Shown piece after piece: positions 1 through 13,108 of a stretch of 64,000 nucleotides of DNA. This DNA is from Escherichia coli (GTDB lineage Bacteria; Pseudomonadota; Gammaproteobacteria; Enterobacterales; Enterobacteriaceae). Numbering within the stretch: position 1 is the stretch's first letter; each line of letters opens with the position of its first letter. The stretch lies in the NCBI RefSeq assembly GCF_044324875.1, contig NZ_CP172185.1, one strand, 5' to 3'. The notes under the pieces are model-generated. The model searched no databases. It saw only the letters and a program-made list of their open reading frames with translations, and was not told the DNA's origin. The position numbers and the translations under genes are program-made.

Positions 1-14
1 TCCCCGCACAACGG

Positions 15-167
15 CTACTTCTTCGGTTCGTAAGCGAGAACAGCCTTAAACTCAATATTACGTTCCTTCACCGTAAACTCACACAGCGAGTCTCCGACCA
101 GAAGCGTAAATCCCAGCACCGTCAAACACAGCACTATGACTGCCGCAAGGGCATATTTCGTCAGCAT
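15..167 (-). CDS. hokE: Type I toxin HokE (Hok/Gef family small membrane toxin), 50 aa
   Basis: Reverse-strand translation from the internal Met gives [50 protein letters not shown], the Hok family sequence; the ORF-track entry 15..203 is an N-terminal over-extension. Confidence 0.85.
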   Translation of the reverse strand: MLTKYALAAVIVLCLTVLGFTLLVGDSLCEFTVKERNIEFKAVLAYEPKK

Positions 168-267
168 GTTTATATTGCCTCCATGCGAAGAAGGGACTAC
201 CATCCAAATTGTTTGGGTTTGGAGTGGCAGCCCCAGGGTTGATAGAAATATCGTCCTGGGGCTTCAT
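79..267 (-). CDS. mokE: Possible mokE (modulator-of-killing reading frame overlapping hokE in another frame)
   Basis: 62-aa ORF that starts upstream of hokE and overlaps it out of frame, as mok does in hok/sok loci; positional inference only. Confidence 0.3.
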   Translation of the reverse strand: MKPQDDISINPGAATPNPNNLDGSPFFAWRQYKHADEICPCGSHSAVFDGAGIYASGRRLAV

Positions 268-600
268 CTTTCCAGACCTCAGAGTTAACCTGAAACCGGA
301 AAGCTTCAGGCACCCGCCGTTATCTTACCCTTCCTTAGCAAAATAGCTGTTTATTTATACAGTAAGTCCTGTTTCGGACTTCTCAATCCTCATTTGATCA
401 ACTGAAGCTGAACCCGTTTTTTTCTGCATGCCTCAATCGTCAAAATTCTTCGCCACCAGTCCGCACTGCCATAACTTGTCATATTGCAAAATGTAGCCAA
501 TTTGCTTCAGTCACCATCATCAAAAAAAGAAACATTCCAGAACTTCCGCATCTCGCCCAGTCGCTCCCACTTCTATACTGAATAGAAAACGCCAACATAA

Positions 601-1728
<1,128 letters not shown>

Positions 1729-1793
1729 GCCGGGAATTGCCTTACAGAAGAATATCCCTGACAATGGTGTTTTAACTTACATTTAACAATGTT

Positions 1794-2042
1794 ATGAAAC
1801 ACCCTTTAGAAACCTTGACCACCGCAGCAGGCATTTTGCTGATGGCTTTCCTTTCTTGCCTGCTGCTGCCCGCCCCCGCACTGGGGCTGACGCTGGCACA
1901 AAAACTGGTGACCATGTTCCATCTGATGGATCTTAGCCAGCTTTACACTTTATTGTTTTGTCTGTGGTTTTTAGTGCTGGGCACTATTGAGTATTTTGTT
2001 CTGCGCTTTATCTGGCGACGCTGGTTCTCGCTGGCGGATTAA
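1794..2042 (+). CDS. ybdJ: Small inner membrane protein YbdJ
   Basis: 82-aa hydrophobic ORF, expected synteny between ybdK and ybdF. Confidence 0.8.
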
Positions 2043-2106
2043 ACGTCGATTATCGCCGTACTTCGCGGCATACTTTGCTTATTCTCCTTCGCCTAAAGGA
2101 ACGTTT

Positions 2107-2475
2107 ATGGATAAGCAATCACTGCACGAAACGGCGAAACGCCTGGCCCTTGAGTTACCCTTTGTCGAGCTTTGCTGGCCTTTTGGCCCGGAGTTCGATG
2201 TTTTTAAAATTGGCGGCAAGATTTTTATGCTGTCGTCGGAGCTGCGCGGCGTCCCCTTTATCAATCTGAAGTCCGATCCACAAAAATCCCTGTTAAATCA
2301 GCAAATATATCCGAGCATTAAGCCAGGGTATCACATGAATAAAAAGCACTGGATTTCGGTGTATCCCGGAGAGGAAATCTCCGAAGCGTTACTTCGCGAT
2401 CTGATCAACGATTCGTGGAATCTGGTGGTTGATGGTCTGGCTAAACGCGATCAAAAAAGAGTGCGTCCAGGCTAA
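2107..2475 (+). CDS. ybdF: YbdF (DUF419 family protein)
   Basis: Start moved to internal ATG at 2107 ([13 protein letters not shown]...), preceded by an AAAGGA ribosome-binding site; 122 aa. Confidence 0.8.
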
Positions 2476-2568
2476 AGCGGGAATCTATAGCGCATTTTTC
2501 TCGCTTACCATTTCTCGTTGAACCTTGTAATCTGCTGGCACGCAAAATTACTTTCACATGGAGTCTTT

Positions 2569-3222
2569 ATGGATATCATTTCTGTCGCCTTAAAGCGTCA
2601 TTCCACTAAGGCATTTGATGCCAGCAAAAAACTAACCCCGGAACAGGCCGAGCAGATCAAAACTCTCCTGCAATACAGCCCATCCAGCACCAACTCCCAG
2701 CCGTGGCATTTTATTGTTGCCAGCACGGAAGAAGGTAAAGCGCGTGTTGCCAAATCCGCTGCCGGTAATTACGTGTTCAACGAGCGTAAAATGCTTGATG
2801 CCTCGCACGTTGTGGTGTTCTGTGCAAAAACCGCGATGGACGATGCCTGGCTGAAGCTGGTTGTTGACCAGGAAGATGCCGATGGCCGCTTTGCCACGCC
2901 GGAAGCGAAAGCCGCGAACGATAAAGGTCGCAGGTTCTTCGCCGATATGCACCGTAAAGATCTGCATGATGATGCAGAGTGGATGGCAAAACAGGTTTAT
3001 CTCAACGTCGGCAACTTCCTGCTCGGCGTGGCGGCGCTGGGTCTGGACGCGGTACCCATCGAAGGTTTTGACGCCGCAATCCTCGATGCAGAATTTGGTC
3101 TGAAAGAGAAAGGCTACACCAGTCTGGTGGTTGTTCCGGTGGGTCATCACAGCGTTGAAGATTTTAACGCTACGCTGCCGAAATCTCGTCTGCCGCAAAA
3201 CATCACCTTAACCGAAGTGTAA
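2569..3222 (+). CDS. nfsB: Oxygen-insensitive NAD(P)H nitroreductase NfsB
   Basis: [17 protein letters not shown]... recognised as NfsB; start at ATG 2569 with GGAG upstream; 217 aa. Confidence 0.92.
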   Translation: MDIISVALKRHSTKAFDASKKLTPEQAEQIKTLLQYSPSSTNSQPWHFIVASTEEGKARVAKSAAGNYVFNERKMLDASHVVVFCAKTAMDDAWLKLVVDQEDADGRFATPEAKAANDKGRRFFADMHRKDLHDDAEWMAKQVYLNVGNFLLGVAALGLDAVPIEGFDAAILDAEFGLKEKGYTSLVVVPVGHHSVEDFNATLPKSRLPQNITLTEV

Positions 3223-3281
3223 TTCTCTCTTGCCGGGCATCTGCCCGGCTATTTCCCCTCAGATTCTCCTGATTTGCATAA

Positions 3282-4577
<1,296 letters not shown>

Positions 4578-4579
4578 TT

Positions 4580-4620
4580 AAAAAAACCGCTCTTATCGAA
4601 TGGATGAGAGCGGTTTCGGA
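4580..4620. terminator. Bidirectional rho-independent terminator between convergent ybdG and pheP
   Basis: A-run, then hairpin ACCGCTCT...AGAGCGGT, then T-run; located between two convergent stop codons. Confidence 0.6.
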
Positions 4621-4657
4621 TGGTTGACATCATTTTGTCGGATACGGCGTGAATGCC

Positions 4658-6034
4658 TTATTTCCGACGCAGCGTTTTAAACGCTACAAACAGGAATACA
4701 ATCCACACTGGCAGCAGAATCGCTGACAAGCGCATATCATCCATCGTGCACATCAGCAGCAAAATCATGCCGAGGAAGGCAATGCAGAGATAGTTGCCGA
4801 ACGGATAAAGCAGCGCCTTAAACTGTGTTTCACGTCCCTGACGTCGCATCGCCGCGCGAAAACGCAGATGCGCCAGGCAGATCATAATCCAGTTCAACAG
4901 CAGCGTTGCTACCACCAGCGCCATCAGCAGACCAAACGCTTTTTGCGGCAGCAGATAGTTGATTAACACCACCAGCGAAGTGATCGCTCCGGAAAGCATC
5001 AGCGAGTTAATCGGCACGCCGCGACGGCTGACGCGAGTCAAAAACTTCGGCGCATTACCCTGCACAGAAAGGCCAAACAGCATGCGGCTGTTAGAGTAAA
5101 CCCCGCTGTTATACACCGATAATGATGCTACCAGAATGACGAAGTTCAGCGCAGAAGCTACCACGTTGCTGTCGAGATTATGGAAAATCATCACAAAAGG
5201 GCTACTGTTGGATTTCACTTCCACCCACGGATAGAGTGCCAGTAAAACCACCAGTGAACCGATATAAAACAGCAGGATGCGATACACCACCTGATTCACT
5301 GCTTTCGGGATGCTTTTTTCCGGATCGCGCGCTTCAGCCGCAGTAATCCCAATCAGCTCCAGACCGCCGAAGGAGAACATAATTACCGCCAGCGACAAAA
5401 TCAGCCCATTCCAGCCGGTGGCGAAGAAACCACCGTAGCGCCAGAGGTTGTCGATACTGGCTTTTTCGCCGCCGTGCCCAGAAAACAGCAGCCACAGGCC
5501 AAAGCCGATCATACCGATGATCGCCAGCACTTTAATCAGCGCAAACCAGAATTCGGTTTCGCCATATAAGCGCACGTTTACCAGGTTAACGGCGTTGATG
5601 ATAATAAAGAAGGCGGCAGCCCAAATCCACGTTGGAACATCCGGGAACCAGTACTGCATATAGATGCCCGCAGCGGTCAGCTCTGCCATTCCCACCAGCA
5701 CGAACATCACCCAGTAGTTCCAGCCAGAGAGGAAGCCCGCAAACGGTCCCCAGTATTTATAGGCAAAGTGGGCAAATGAACCAGATACCGGCTCTTCGAC
5801 CACCATCTCGCCGAGCTGGCGCATAATCAGGAAAGCGATGATCCCGGCGACGCCGTAGCCCAGCAATACAGCCGGACCCGCCATCTGAATCGCCGGGCCA
5901 ATGCCAAGAAACAGACCAGTACCAATTGCGCCACCCAGCGCAATCAGTTGAATATGACGGTTATGTAATCCGCGATGAAGCGTCGGCTCTTGATTCGACG
6001 CAGTATCTTCCGATACGGTTGACGCGTTTTTCAC
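4658..6034 (-). CDS. pheP: Phenylalanine-specific permease PheP (APC family)
   Basis: Recognised PheP sequence; the product aligns from VKNASTVSED..., implying a GTG start at 6034 (458 aa) rather than the upstream ATG of the ORF track. Confidence 0.88.
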   Translation of the reverse strand: MKNASTVSEDTASNQEPTLHRGLHNRHIQLIALGGAIGTGLFLGIGPAIQMAGPAVLLGYGVAGIIAFLIMRQLGEMVVEEPVSGSFAHFAYKYWGPFAGFLSGWNYWVMFVLVGMAELTAAGIYMQYWFPDVPTWIWAAAFFIIINAVNLVNVRLYGETEFWFALIKVLAIIGMIGFGLWLLFSGHGGEKASIDNLWRYGGFFATGWNGLILSLAVIMFSFGGLELIGITAAEARDPEKSIPKAVNQVVYRILLFYIGSLVVLLALYPWVEVKSNSSPFVMIFHNLDSNVVASALNFVILVASLSVYNSGVYSNSRMLFGLSVQGNAPKFLTRVSRRGVPINSLMLSGAITSLVVLINYLLPQKAFGLLMALVVATLLLNWIMICLAHLRFRAAMRRQGRETQFKALLYPFGNYLCIAFLGMILLLMCTMDDMRLSAILLPVWIVFLFVAFKTLRRK

Positions 6035-6135
6035 GCCTTTCCCCTGTGTGTCTTTTTTGTTGAGGGGCACCTTTTAACATTTAGTGCCCATCGTCGCAAG
6101 ACACAATCCACACGGTTAAACCGGGTATCCTGCTT

Positions 6136-9100
6136 TTATTTCCGTACCCGATGTCGGTGCAGCCACATCAGCTTATATGCCGCCGGGATAATAAACAGCG
6201 ATAGCAAAGGCGCGGTGATCATGCCGCCAATCATCGGCGCGGCAATCCGGCTCATCACCTCTGAACCTGCTCCCGTTCCCCACAGAATCGGCAGCAGACC
6301 AGCGATAATCACCGCCACCGTCATCGCTTTCGGGCGCACGCGCAGGACCGCGCCGTGATACAACGCCTCATCCAGCTTCTGCTCGCTGAATGTTTGCGGA
6401 TTATTCAACGACGGCTCGGCCTCTATGGCGTGACGTAAATACATCAGCATCACCACGCCAAATTCGGCGGCAACCCCGGCGAGGGCAATAAAACCGGTGC
6501 CCGTCGCCACGGAAAGATGAAAGCCCATCCACCACAGCAACCAGATGCCGCCCACCAGCGCAAACGGTACGCTGCTGATAATCAGCAACGCTTCGCCCAC
6601 CCGACGGAACGCCAGATATAACAGCACGAAGATGATCATCAGCGTCATCGGCACCATGAGTTTCAGCTTATGGTTGGCGCGTTCCAGTAGCTCGAACTGC
6701 CCGGAGAATGCCACGCTGGTGCCCGGTTTTAACTGTACTTTTTCAGCTATCGCTTTTTGCAGATCGTGAACCACCGACACCATGTCACGATCGCGGGCAT
6801 CGATATAAATCCAGCTCGTCGGGCGCGCATTCTCGGTTTTCAGCATCGACGGTCCGGTAGAGACTTTAACGTCGGCCACGTCTGCCAGGGTGATTTGCTG
6901 CTTCATCGGCGTCAGGATCGGCAACTGGCGCAGCGCCTGCGGACTATCGCGCCAGCTTTGCGGATAACGCAGATTAATTGGATAACGGGCAATCCCTTCC
7001 ACCGTTTCGCCAACCATCGCCCCGCCCACCGCAGAAGTCACAAACAATTGCACATCCGCCACCGTCATACCGTAACGCGCGGCTTTTTCACGGTTAATCT
7101 CAACGTTGATATAGCGCCCACCTTCCAGACGCTCAGCAAGCGCAGAAGCTACGCCTGGCACCGTTCGTGCCACTTCTTCAATTTGCTCAGCCATCGCGTC
7201 GATATCCGCCAGCACAGTACCGGAAACTTTAATGCCGATGGGGCTTTTAATGCCAGTCGAGAGCATATCGATACGGTTACGAATTGGCGGCACCCACAGA
7301 TTCGCCAGCCCCGGCAGCCGCACGGTGTTATCCAGTTCCTCGATGATTTTGTCCATCGTCATGCCTGGCCGCCACTGCTCTTGTGGCTTAAGCTGGATGG
7401 TCGTTTCTACCATCTCCAGCGGAGCAGAATCGGTGGCGGTTTCCGCTTTGCCGGTTTTGCCAAATACCCGCGCCACTTCAGGTACGCTCATAATCAGCTT
7501 GTCGGTTTTTTGCAGCATAATCGCCGCCTCTGCTGCGGAAATCCCCGGCAGCGTCGATGGCATATACAACAAGTCACCTTCATTGATCTGCGGTAAAAAC
7601 TCCCCGCCAACTTTATTGAGCGGCCAGAGAACCGTCAGCACCGAAAGCGCTGCCACCAGCAGCGTGGTTTTCGGCCAGTGCAGTACTTTCAGCAACAGCG
7701 GATGATAAACACGAATCAAAAAGCGATTGAGCGGGTTACTGCTTTCCGGCGGAATTTTGCCACGGATCCAGTAGCCCATCAGGATAGGGATCACTACGAT
7801 CGCCAGCAGCGCCGCACCCGCCATCGCATACGTTTTGGTGAACGCCAGCGGGCCAAACAGACGCCCTTCCTGCCCTTCCAGGGTGAAGATCGGGATAAAC
7901 GACAACGTGATAATCAGCAGACTGATAAACAGCGCCGGCCCCACTTCAACAGATGCATCGGTGATCACCTGCCAGCGCGTTTTATTATCCAGCGTGGCGT
8001 CAGGATGCTGGTGCTGCCACTCTTCCAGCCGTTTATGCGCATTCTCGATCATGACGATAGCGGCATCGACCATCGCCCCGACGGCAATAGCAATACCGCC
8101 CAGCGACATAATATTGGCGTTCAGTCCCTGAAAGTGCATGACAATAAAAGCAATACACAACCCCAGCGGCAACGAAATAATCGCCACCAGCGCCGAGCGC
8201 ACATGCCAGAGAAACAGCGCACAGACTACCGCCACCACAATAAACTCTTCCAGCAACTTGCCGCTGAGGTTGTCGATGGCGCGGTCAATGAGCTGGCTGC
8301 GATCGTATGTTGTAACTATCTCCACGCCTTCCGGCAGACTACTTTTCAGCGTTTCCAGTTTGTCTTTCACGGCGGCGATCACTTCTCGGGCGTTTTTGCC
8401 GGAGCGCAGGATCACCACCCCGCCCGCCACTTCGCCTTCGCCGTTCAGTTCGGCAATGCCCCGGCGCATTTCCGGGCCAATCTGGACCTTCGCAACATCA
8501 CGCAGATAAACGGGCACGCCATTTTCACTGGCTTTTAAAACGATGTGATTAAAGTCGTCGAGCGTTTGCAGATAGCCGCTGGCTCGCACCATATATTCCG
8601 CTTCCGCCAGTTCGATCGACGAACCGCCCGCTTCCTGGTTTGAAGCATCCAGCGCGCTTTTTACTTCGGCGAGACTGATGCCATATTGCGCCAGGCGCTG
8701 AGGATCGATAACCACCTGATACTCTTTCACCACACCGCCTACCGACGCCACTTCCGCAACGTCAGGAATGGTTTTCAGCTCATATTTGAGAAACCAGTCC
8801 TGCAATGAGCGTAAATCGGCCAGATCGTGCTTACCGCTGCGATCCACCAGTGCATATTCATAGATCCAGCCAACACCCGTGGCATCTGGCCCCAACTCGG
8901 CGCTGACTCCCGCAGGCAGCTTACCCTGTACCTGGTTGAGGTACTCCAGCACCCGCGAGCGCGCCCAGTACGGATCGGTGCCATCTTCGAAAATGACATA
9001 CACATAAGAGTCGCCAAACTGCGAAAAACCGCGCACAGTCTTCGCGCCAGGCACCGACAACATGGTGGTGGTTAGCGGATAAGTCACCTGATTTTCAACG

Positions 9101-9279
9101 ATTTGCGGTGCCTGACCGGGATAGCTGGTTTTAATAATCACCTGCACATCGGAGAGATCCGGCAGCGCATCCACTGGCGTATTAATGATGGTCCAGGTGC
9201 CCCAGATACTCAGAAATAACGCGCCCATCAGCACCAGAAAACGGTTCGCCACCGAGCGACGAATAATCCATTCAATCAT
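6136..9279 (-). CDS. cusA: Cu(I)/Ag(I) efflux RND transporter CusA
   Basis: 1047-aa RND permease, last gene of cusCFBA. Confidence 0.95.
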   Translation of the reverse strand: MIEWIIRRSVANRFLVLMGALFLSIWGTWTIINTPVDALPDLSDVQVIIKTSYPGQAPQIVENQVTYPLTTTMLSVPGAKTVRGFSQFGDSYVYVIFEDGTDPYWARSRVLEYLNQVQGKLPAGVSAELGPDATGVGWIYEYALVDRSGKHDLADLRSLQDWFLKYELKTIPDVAEVASVGGVVKEYQVVIDPQRLAQYGISLAEVKSALDASNQEAGGSSIELAEAEYMVRASGYLQTLDDFNHIVLKASENGVPVYLRDVAKVQIGPEMRRGIAELNGEGEVAGGVVILRSGKNAREVIAAVKDKLETLKSSLPEGVEIVTTYDRSQLIDRAIDNLSGKLLEEFIVVAVVCALFLWHVRSALVAIISLPLGLCIAFIVMHFQGLNANIMSLGGIAIAVGAMVDAAIVMIENAHKRLEEWQHQHPDATLDNKTRWQVITDASVEVGPALFISLLIITLSFIPIFTLEGQEGRLFGPLAFTKTYAMAGAALLAIVVIPILMGYWIRGKIPPESSNPLNRFLIRVYHPLLLKVLHWPKTTLLVAALSVLTVLWPLNKVGGEFLPQINEGDLLYMPSTLPGISAAEAAIMLQKTDKLIMSVPEVARVFGKTGKAETATDSAPLEMVETTIQLKPQEQWRPGMTMDKIIEELDNTVRLPGLANLWVPPIRNRIDMLSTGIKSPIGIKVSGTVLADIDAMAEQIEEVARTVPGVASALAERLEGGRYINVEINREKAARYGMTVADVQLFVTSAVGGAMVGETVEGIARYPINLRYPQSWRDSPQALRQLPILTPMKQQITLADVADVKVSTGPSMLKTENARPTSWIYIDARDRDMVSVVHDLQKAIAEKVQLKPGTSVAFSGQFELLERANHKLKLMVPMTLMIIFVLLYLAFRRVGEALLIISSVPFALVGGIWLLWWMGFHLSVATGTGFIALAGVAAEFGVVMLMYLRHAIEAEPSLNNPQTFSEQKLDEALYHGAVLRVRPKAMTVAVIIAGLLPILWGTGAGSEVMSRIAAPMIGGMITAPLLSLFIIPAAYKLMWLHRHRVRK

Positions 9280-9290
9280 TGGTTATTCCC

Positions 9291-10514
9291 TCAATGTGCA
9301 TGGGTAGCACTTTCAGAGCGCATCCGCTCCAGTGCGCCAGAAATATTGGCTTCGGAATCAATCAGGAACAGGCCGCTGGAAACCACCTTTTCACCTTCCG
9401 CCAGACCAGAGCGTAACGCGGTGACGCCTTGCGATGCCTGGAAAACGGCAACGCGTTTCGGTACAAAGCGCCCGTCGGCATCAACGGTAATCACCCGCTG
9501 TTCGTTGCCGGTATCAATCAGCGCCTGTGACGGAATGAGCAGCATCGGTTCGCTGGCGGTGTTGAGTTGCAACCAGGCGTTCATTCCCGGTTTTAGCGCC
9601 TCGTCGGCGTTGTCGACTTCCAGACGCAGCTGCAACGTGCGGGTCGCGGCATCCACGCCAGGTAGTAGCGTCCATTTGCGGATGGTGAGTGTTTTATCAG
9701 GTCGCGCCGGAACGGTGAGCGTAAACTGCGAGGCATCTTTCACCAGCCAGGCGATGGACTCCGGGATCGCAGCAGTGACCCACACCGGGTCCATACCCTG
9801 AATTTTCGCGACCACGTTATCTTTGGCGATATTCATTCCCGCGCGCAGATCAAACGCGGTGATCACGCCATCAATGGGCGCTTTGAGCGTAAAGCGAGTC
9901 TGTATTTTTTGCGTGGCGATCAGGCGGCGAATATCCGCCTCCGGCATTCCCGCCAGTCTCAGCCGCTCAAGAATGCCTTCAGTCTGGGTCGCCGTACCGC
10001 CGGTTTCGCGCAGCAGTAAATACTCACTCTGCGCTTCCACCCAGTCGGGAATGGTCAGGTCGAGAAGCGGTGTGCCCTTTTGTACTTTATCGCCCACGGT
10101 AAGCGGATACACCTTGTCGATAAACCCGGCAGCGCGAGCCTGCACAATGGCATACTGATACTCGTTGTAACTGACATTCGCCGGGAAACTCTGGGCAAAA
10201 GTCAGCGGTCCGCGCGTGACGGTAGCCGTTTTCACCCCCAGATTCTGCGTCTGAGTCGGGTCAATGCGCACACCAGACGCAGAACTCTCTTCATCGGCAT
10301 ATTTCGGCACCAGATCCATATCCATAAACGGCGATTTACCTGGTTTATCGAACCGCGTATTGGGATACATCGGGTCGTACCAGAATAAGATTTTACGTTC
10401 TGCGGTCGACGTTTTTTCTGCGGGCGGTTCAGCCCGGTCAAACCAGGTAAAACCTGCCGCAGAAATAATACCGCCCGCGATCATGCTGCCGATAATAAGC
10501 GCGATTTTTTTCAT
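9291..10514 (-). CDS. cusB: Cu(I)/Ag(I) efflux membrane fusion protein CusB
   Basis: 407 aa, signal/TM N-terminus, between cusF and cusA. Confidence 0.93.
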   Translation of the reverse strand: MKKIALIIGSMIAGGIISAAGFTWFDRAEPPAEKTSTAERKILFWYDPMYPNTRFDKPGKSPFMDMDLVPKYADEESSASGVRIDPTQTQNLGVKTATVTRGPLTFAQSFPANVSYNEYQYAIVQARAAGFIDKVYPLTVGDKVQKGTPLLDLTIPDWVEAQSEYLLLRETGGTATQTEGILERLRLAGMPEADIRRLIATQKIQTRFTLKAPIDGVITAFDLRAGMNIAKDNVVAKIQGMDPVWVTAAIPESIAWLVKDASQFTLTVPARPDKTLTIRKWTLLPGVDAATRTLQLRLEVDNADEALKPGMNAWLQLNTASEPMLLIPSQALIDTGNEQRVITVDADGRFVPKRVAVFQASQGVTALRSGLAEGEKVVSSGLFLIDSEANISGALERMRSESATHAH

Positions 10515-10529
10515 CTCATTAAACCTGGG

Positions 10530-10862
10530 TTACTGGCTGACTTTAATATCCTGTAATAAAGAAAGGTTGCCCTGCTGGACAAAATTAAACGCCACTTTGT
10601 CGCCAGTTTTAATTTCACTCATTTTCGTCTGCGGAGTGATGGTAAAGCGCATGGTCATCTCCGGCCAGTTCACGGCAGCAATCGGATCGTGATGGATGGT
10701 GATTTTTTTGCTTTCCAGATCAACACCTTTTACCACGCCGGTGGCACTAATGACCTGTGGTTGTGCTTCGCTCATGGTTTCATGATGATGTTCGTTAGCC
10801 TGGGCATTAAAGCCAATCACGGTAAACAGACTGAACATTGCGACTTGCAGTGCTTTTTTCAT
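10530..10862 (-). CDS. cusF: Periplasmic copper/silver chaperone CusF
   Basis: 110 aa with signal peptide and His/Met-rich motifs. Confidence 0.93.
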   Translation of the reverse strand: MKKALQVAMFSLFTVIGFNAQANEHHHETMSEAQPQVISATGVVKGVDLESKKITIHHDPIAAVNWPEMTMRFTITPQTKMSEIKTGDKVAFNFVQQGNLSLLQDIKVSQ

Positions 10863-10885
10863 TTATTCTCTCCTGGAGTTAAAAA

Positions 10886-12268
10886 TTATTGCTGCCAACC
10901 GCCACCAAGTGCGGTATATAAAGAAATTTCGTTGACCTGACGGGCATAATTCAGGTCAAGTAAGGTTTGTCGGGTTGCAAATAAAGAACGCTCGGCATCC
11001 AGCACTTCCAGATAACTGACTGCGCCGTGCTGATATAATGCCCGCGCCCGTTGCAAAGTAATTTGCAGCGACGCCAGATAACGCTGCTGGGCGCTGATTT
11101 GATCGTTCAGGCTTTGACGTAATGCCAGCGCATCTGCCACTTCTTTAAAGGCGTTCTGGATTTTCTGTTCATAATTCACTACCGACTGCTGCTGGCGAAT
11201 TTCGGCGATATCCAGATTGGCCTGGTTGCGTCCGGCATTAAAAATGGGGATCTCAATTTTAGGAATAAAATTCCACATCCCGCTGCTGGCGTTAAATAAT
11301 GACGACAGATCGCTGCTGGCGGTTGATATTCCGCTGGTCAGGCTTATAGATGGGAAAAATGCCGCGCGTGCGGCCCCAATATTGGCATTAGCCGCCATTA
11401 ACGCGTGTTCAGCTTCCATAATATCCGGGCGCTGCAATAAGATTTGCGACGACAAGCCCGCCGGTAATTTAACGCTTTGCAGGCTGTCGCTGTTTACTGT
11501 CTGCGCTTGCGGCAGCTTGCCGTAGCTTCCCAATAATAGTTGCAATGCATTATTCGCCTGCGCCAGTTCCCCCTGACGTTTAGCGATGTCGCTGCGGGTA
11601 CTTTCAATCACCCCGCGAGCCTGTTCCAGCGCCAGAACATTGCTGCTACCGGTCAACAGTTGTTTTTCGACAAACGCATATGACTGCTGATAATTACGCA
11701 GCGTTTCTTCGGCTATTTGCAATTGCGCATACGCCAGCTGCTGATTGAAATATCTTTGCGCGACATTAGAAACCAGCAGAATATGCACCGCGCGCTGGGC
11801 TTCCTCAGTGGCTAAATAATTTTGTCGCTCGGCTTCGCTCATGTTCTTTAAGCGACCGAAAAAATCGAGATCAAAGCTGGCGTTAAGGCCAGTCGAGAAC
11901 TCCCGCGTCGTGGCTGAATCGCCTTTAAGATTGCCGCTCCAGCTGCCGCTGCCCTCGCCATTGAGCTGTGGGTAGCGGTCGGCATCGGTCAGACGATATT
12001 GCGCCCGCGCTTCCTGCACTTTCAGCGTCGCCATGCGCAAATCCCGGTTATTCACCAGCGCCTCGCTAATCAGCGTCTTCACCTGATTATCAACAAAAAA
12101 GGTGCGCCAGCCCGCGTTCTGGTAGTTATCTGCTGCGTTAACCAGGCCGTTCTGGTTGAGTGAGAACTGCTGCGGCACGGGCATTGCCGGGCGCTGATAA
12201 TCCGGTGCCAGTGAACAACCGGTTAGCGCAAGGGCCACACAAAATGGCAGAAGTTTACAAGGAGACAT
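10886..12268 (-). CDS. cusC: Outer membrane efflux channel CusC (lipoprotein)
   Basis: OMF family protein; lipobox LTGCS near the N-terminus. Confidence 0.93.
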   Translation of the reverse strand: MSPCKLLPFCVALALTGCSLAPDYQRPAMPVPQQFSLNQNGLVNAADNYQNAGWRTFFVDNQVKTLISEALVNNRDLRMATLKVQEARAQYRLTDADRYPQLNGEGSGSWSGNLKGDSATTREFSTGLNASFDLDFFGRLKNMSEAERQNYLATEEAQRAVHILLVSNVAQRYFNQQLAYAQLQIAEETLRNYQQSYAFVEKQLLTGSSNVLALEQARGVIESTRSDIAKRQGELAQANNALQLLLGSYGKLPQAQTVNSDSLQSVKLPAGLSSQILLQRPDIMEAEHALMAANANIGAARAAFFPSISLTSGISTASSDLSSLFNASSGMWNFIPKIEIPIFNAGRNQANLDIAEIRQQQSVVNYEQKIQNAFKEVADALALRQSLNDQISAQQRYLASLQITLQRARALYQHGAVSYLEVLDAERSLFATRQTLLDLNYARQVNEISLYTALGGGWQQ

Positions 12269-12337
12269 AGGCTCATAATTTCTGGTGATTTTATGCCGCC
12301 AACTTTACTCGCCAGGCTCTGATTTTCCGGTGACAGG

Positions 12338-12359
12338 AAAATGACAAAATTGTCATTTT
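12338..12359. promoter_or_regulatory. CusR box (response-regulator operator) in the divergent cusC-cusR promoter
   Basis: Perfect 22-bp palindrome AAAATGACAAAATTGTCATTTT in the cusC-cusR intergenic region, matching the known CusR site. Confidence 0.8.
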
Positions 12360-12424
12360 GCCAATAAGCGATTGCCATCTGATCCCGCTACTCTAGAATT
12401 GCCCGGGCAACATGCGGAGGAAAT

Positions 12425-13108
12425 ATGAAACTGTTGATTGTCGAAGATGAAAAGAAAACCGGAGAATACTTGACCAAAGGGTTAACCGAAGCCGGTTTTG
12501 TGGTCGATTTGGCCGACAATGGGCTGAATGGCTACCATCTGGCGATGACCGGTGATTATGACCTGATAATCCTCGATATTATGCTGCCGGACGTGAACGG
12601 CTGGGATATCGTGCGCATGTTGCGCTCCGCCAATAAAGGGATGCCGATTCTGTTGCTTACCGCGCTTGGTACCATTGAACATCGCGTCAAGGGGCTGGAG
12701 TTGGGGGCGGATGACTACCTGGTGAAGCCGTTCGCTTTTGCTGAACTGCTGGCGCGGGTGCGCACTCTACTGCGGCGCGGGGCGGCGGTAATTATCGAAA
12801 GTCAGTTTCAGGTTGCCGATTTGATGGTCGATCTCGTCAGCCGCAAAGTCACCCGTAGCGGCACGCGCATCACGTTGACCAGTAAAGAATTTACTTTGCT
12901 GGAGTTTTTCCTCCGCCATCAAGGTGAAGTGCTGCCCCGCTCGCTTATCGCCTCGCAGGTGTGGGACATGAATTTCGACAGCGATACCAACGCCATTGAT
13001 GTGGCGGTGAAGCGGCTGCGCGGCAAAATCGACAACGACTTTGAGCCAAAGCTGATTCAGACCGTGCGCGGCGTGGGTTACATGCTAGAGGTGCCGGATG
13101 GTCAGTAA
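12425..13108 (+). CDS. cusR: Copper-responsive response regulator CusR (OmpR family)
   Basis: 227 aa, receiver domain plus winged-helix domain; divergent from cusC. Confidence 0.95.

Noticed and set aside
15-203. 62-aa extended version of the hokE ORF ([12 protein letters not shown]...)
   Set aside because: Hok toxins are about 50 aa; the internal Met gives the canonical Hok sequence and the upstream extension has no support.
6545-8538. Several long plus-strand ORFs (74-286 aa) inside cusA, rich in Arg/His/Gln
   Set aside because: They are antisense to a well-supported cusA CDS, have no recognisable domains and show the composition typical of frames opposite GC-rich coding sequence.
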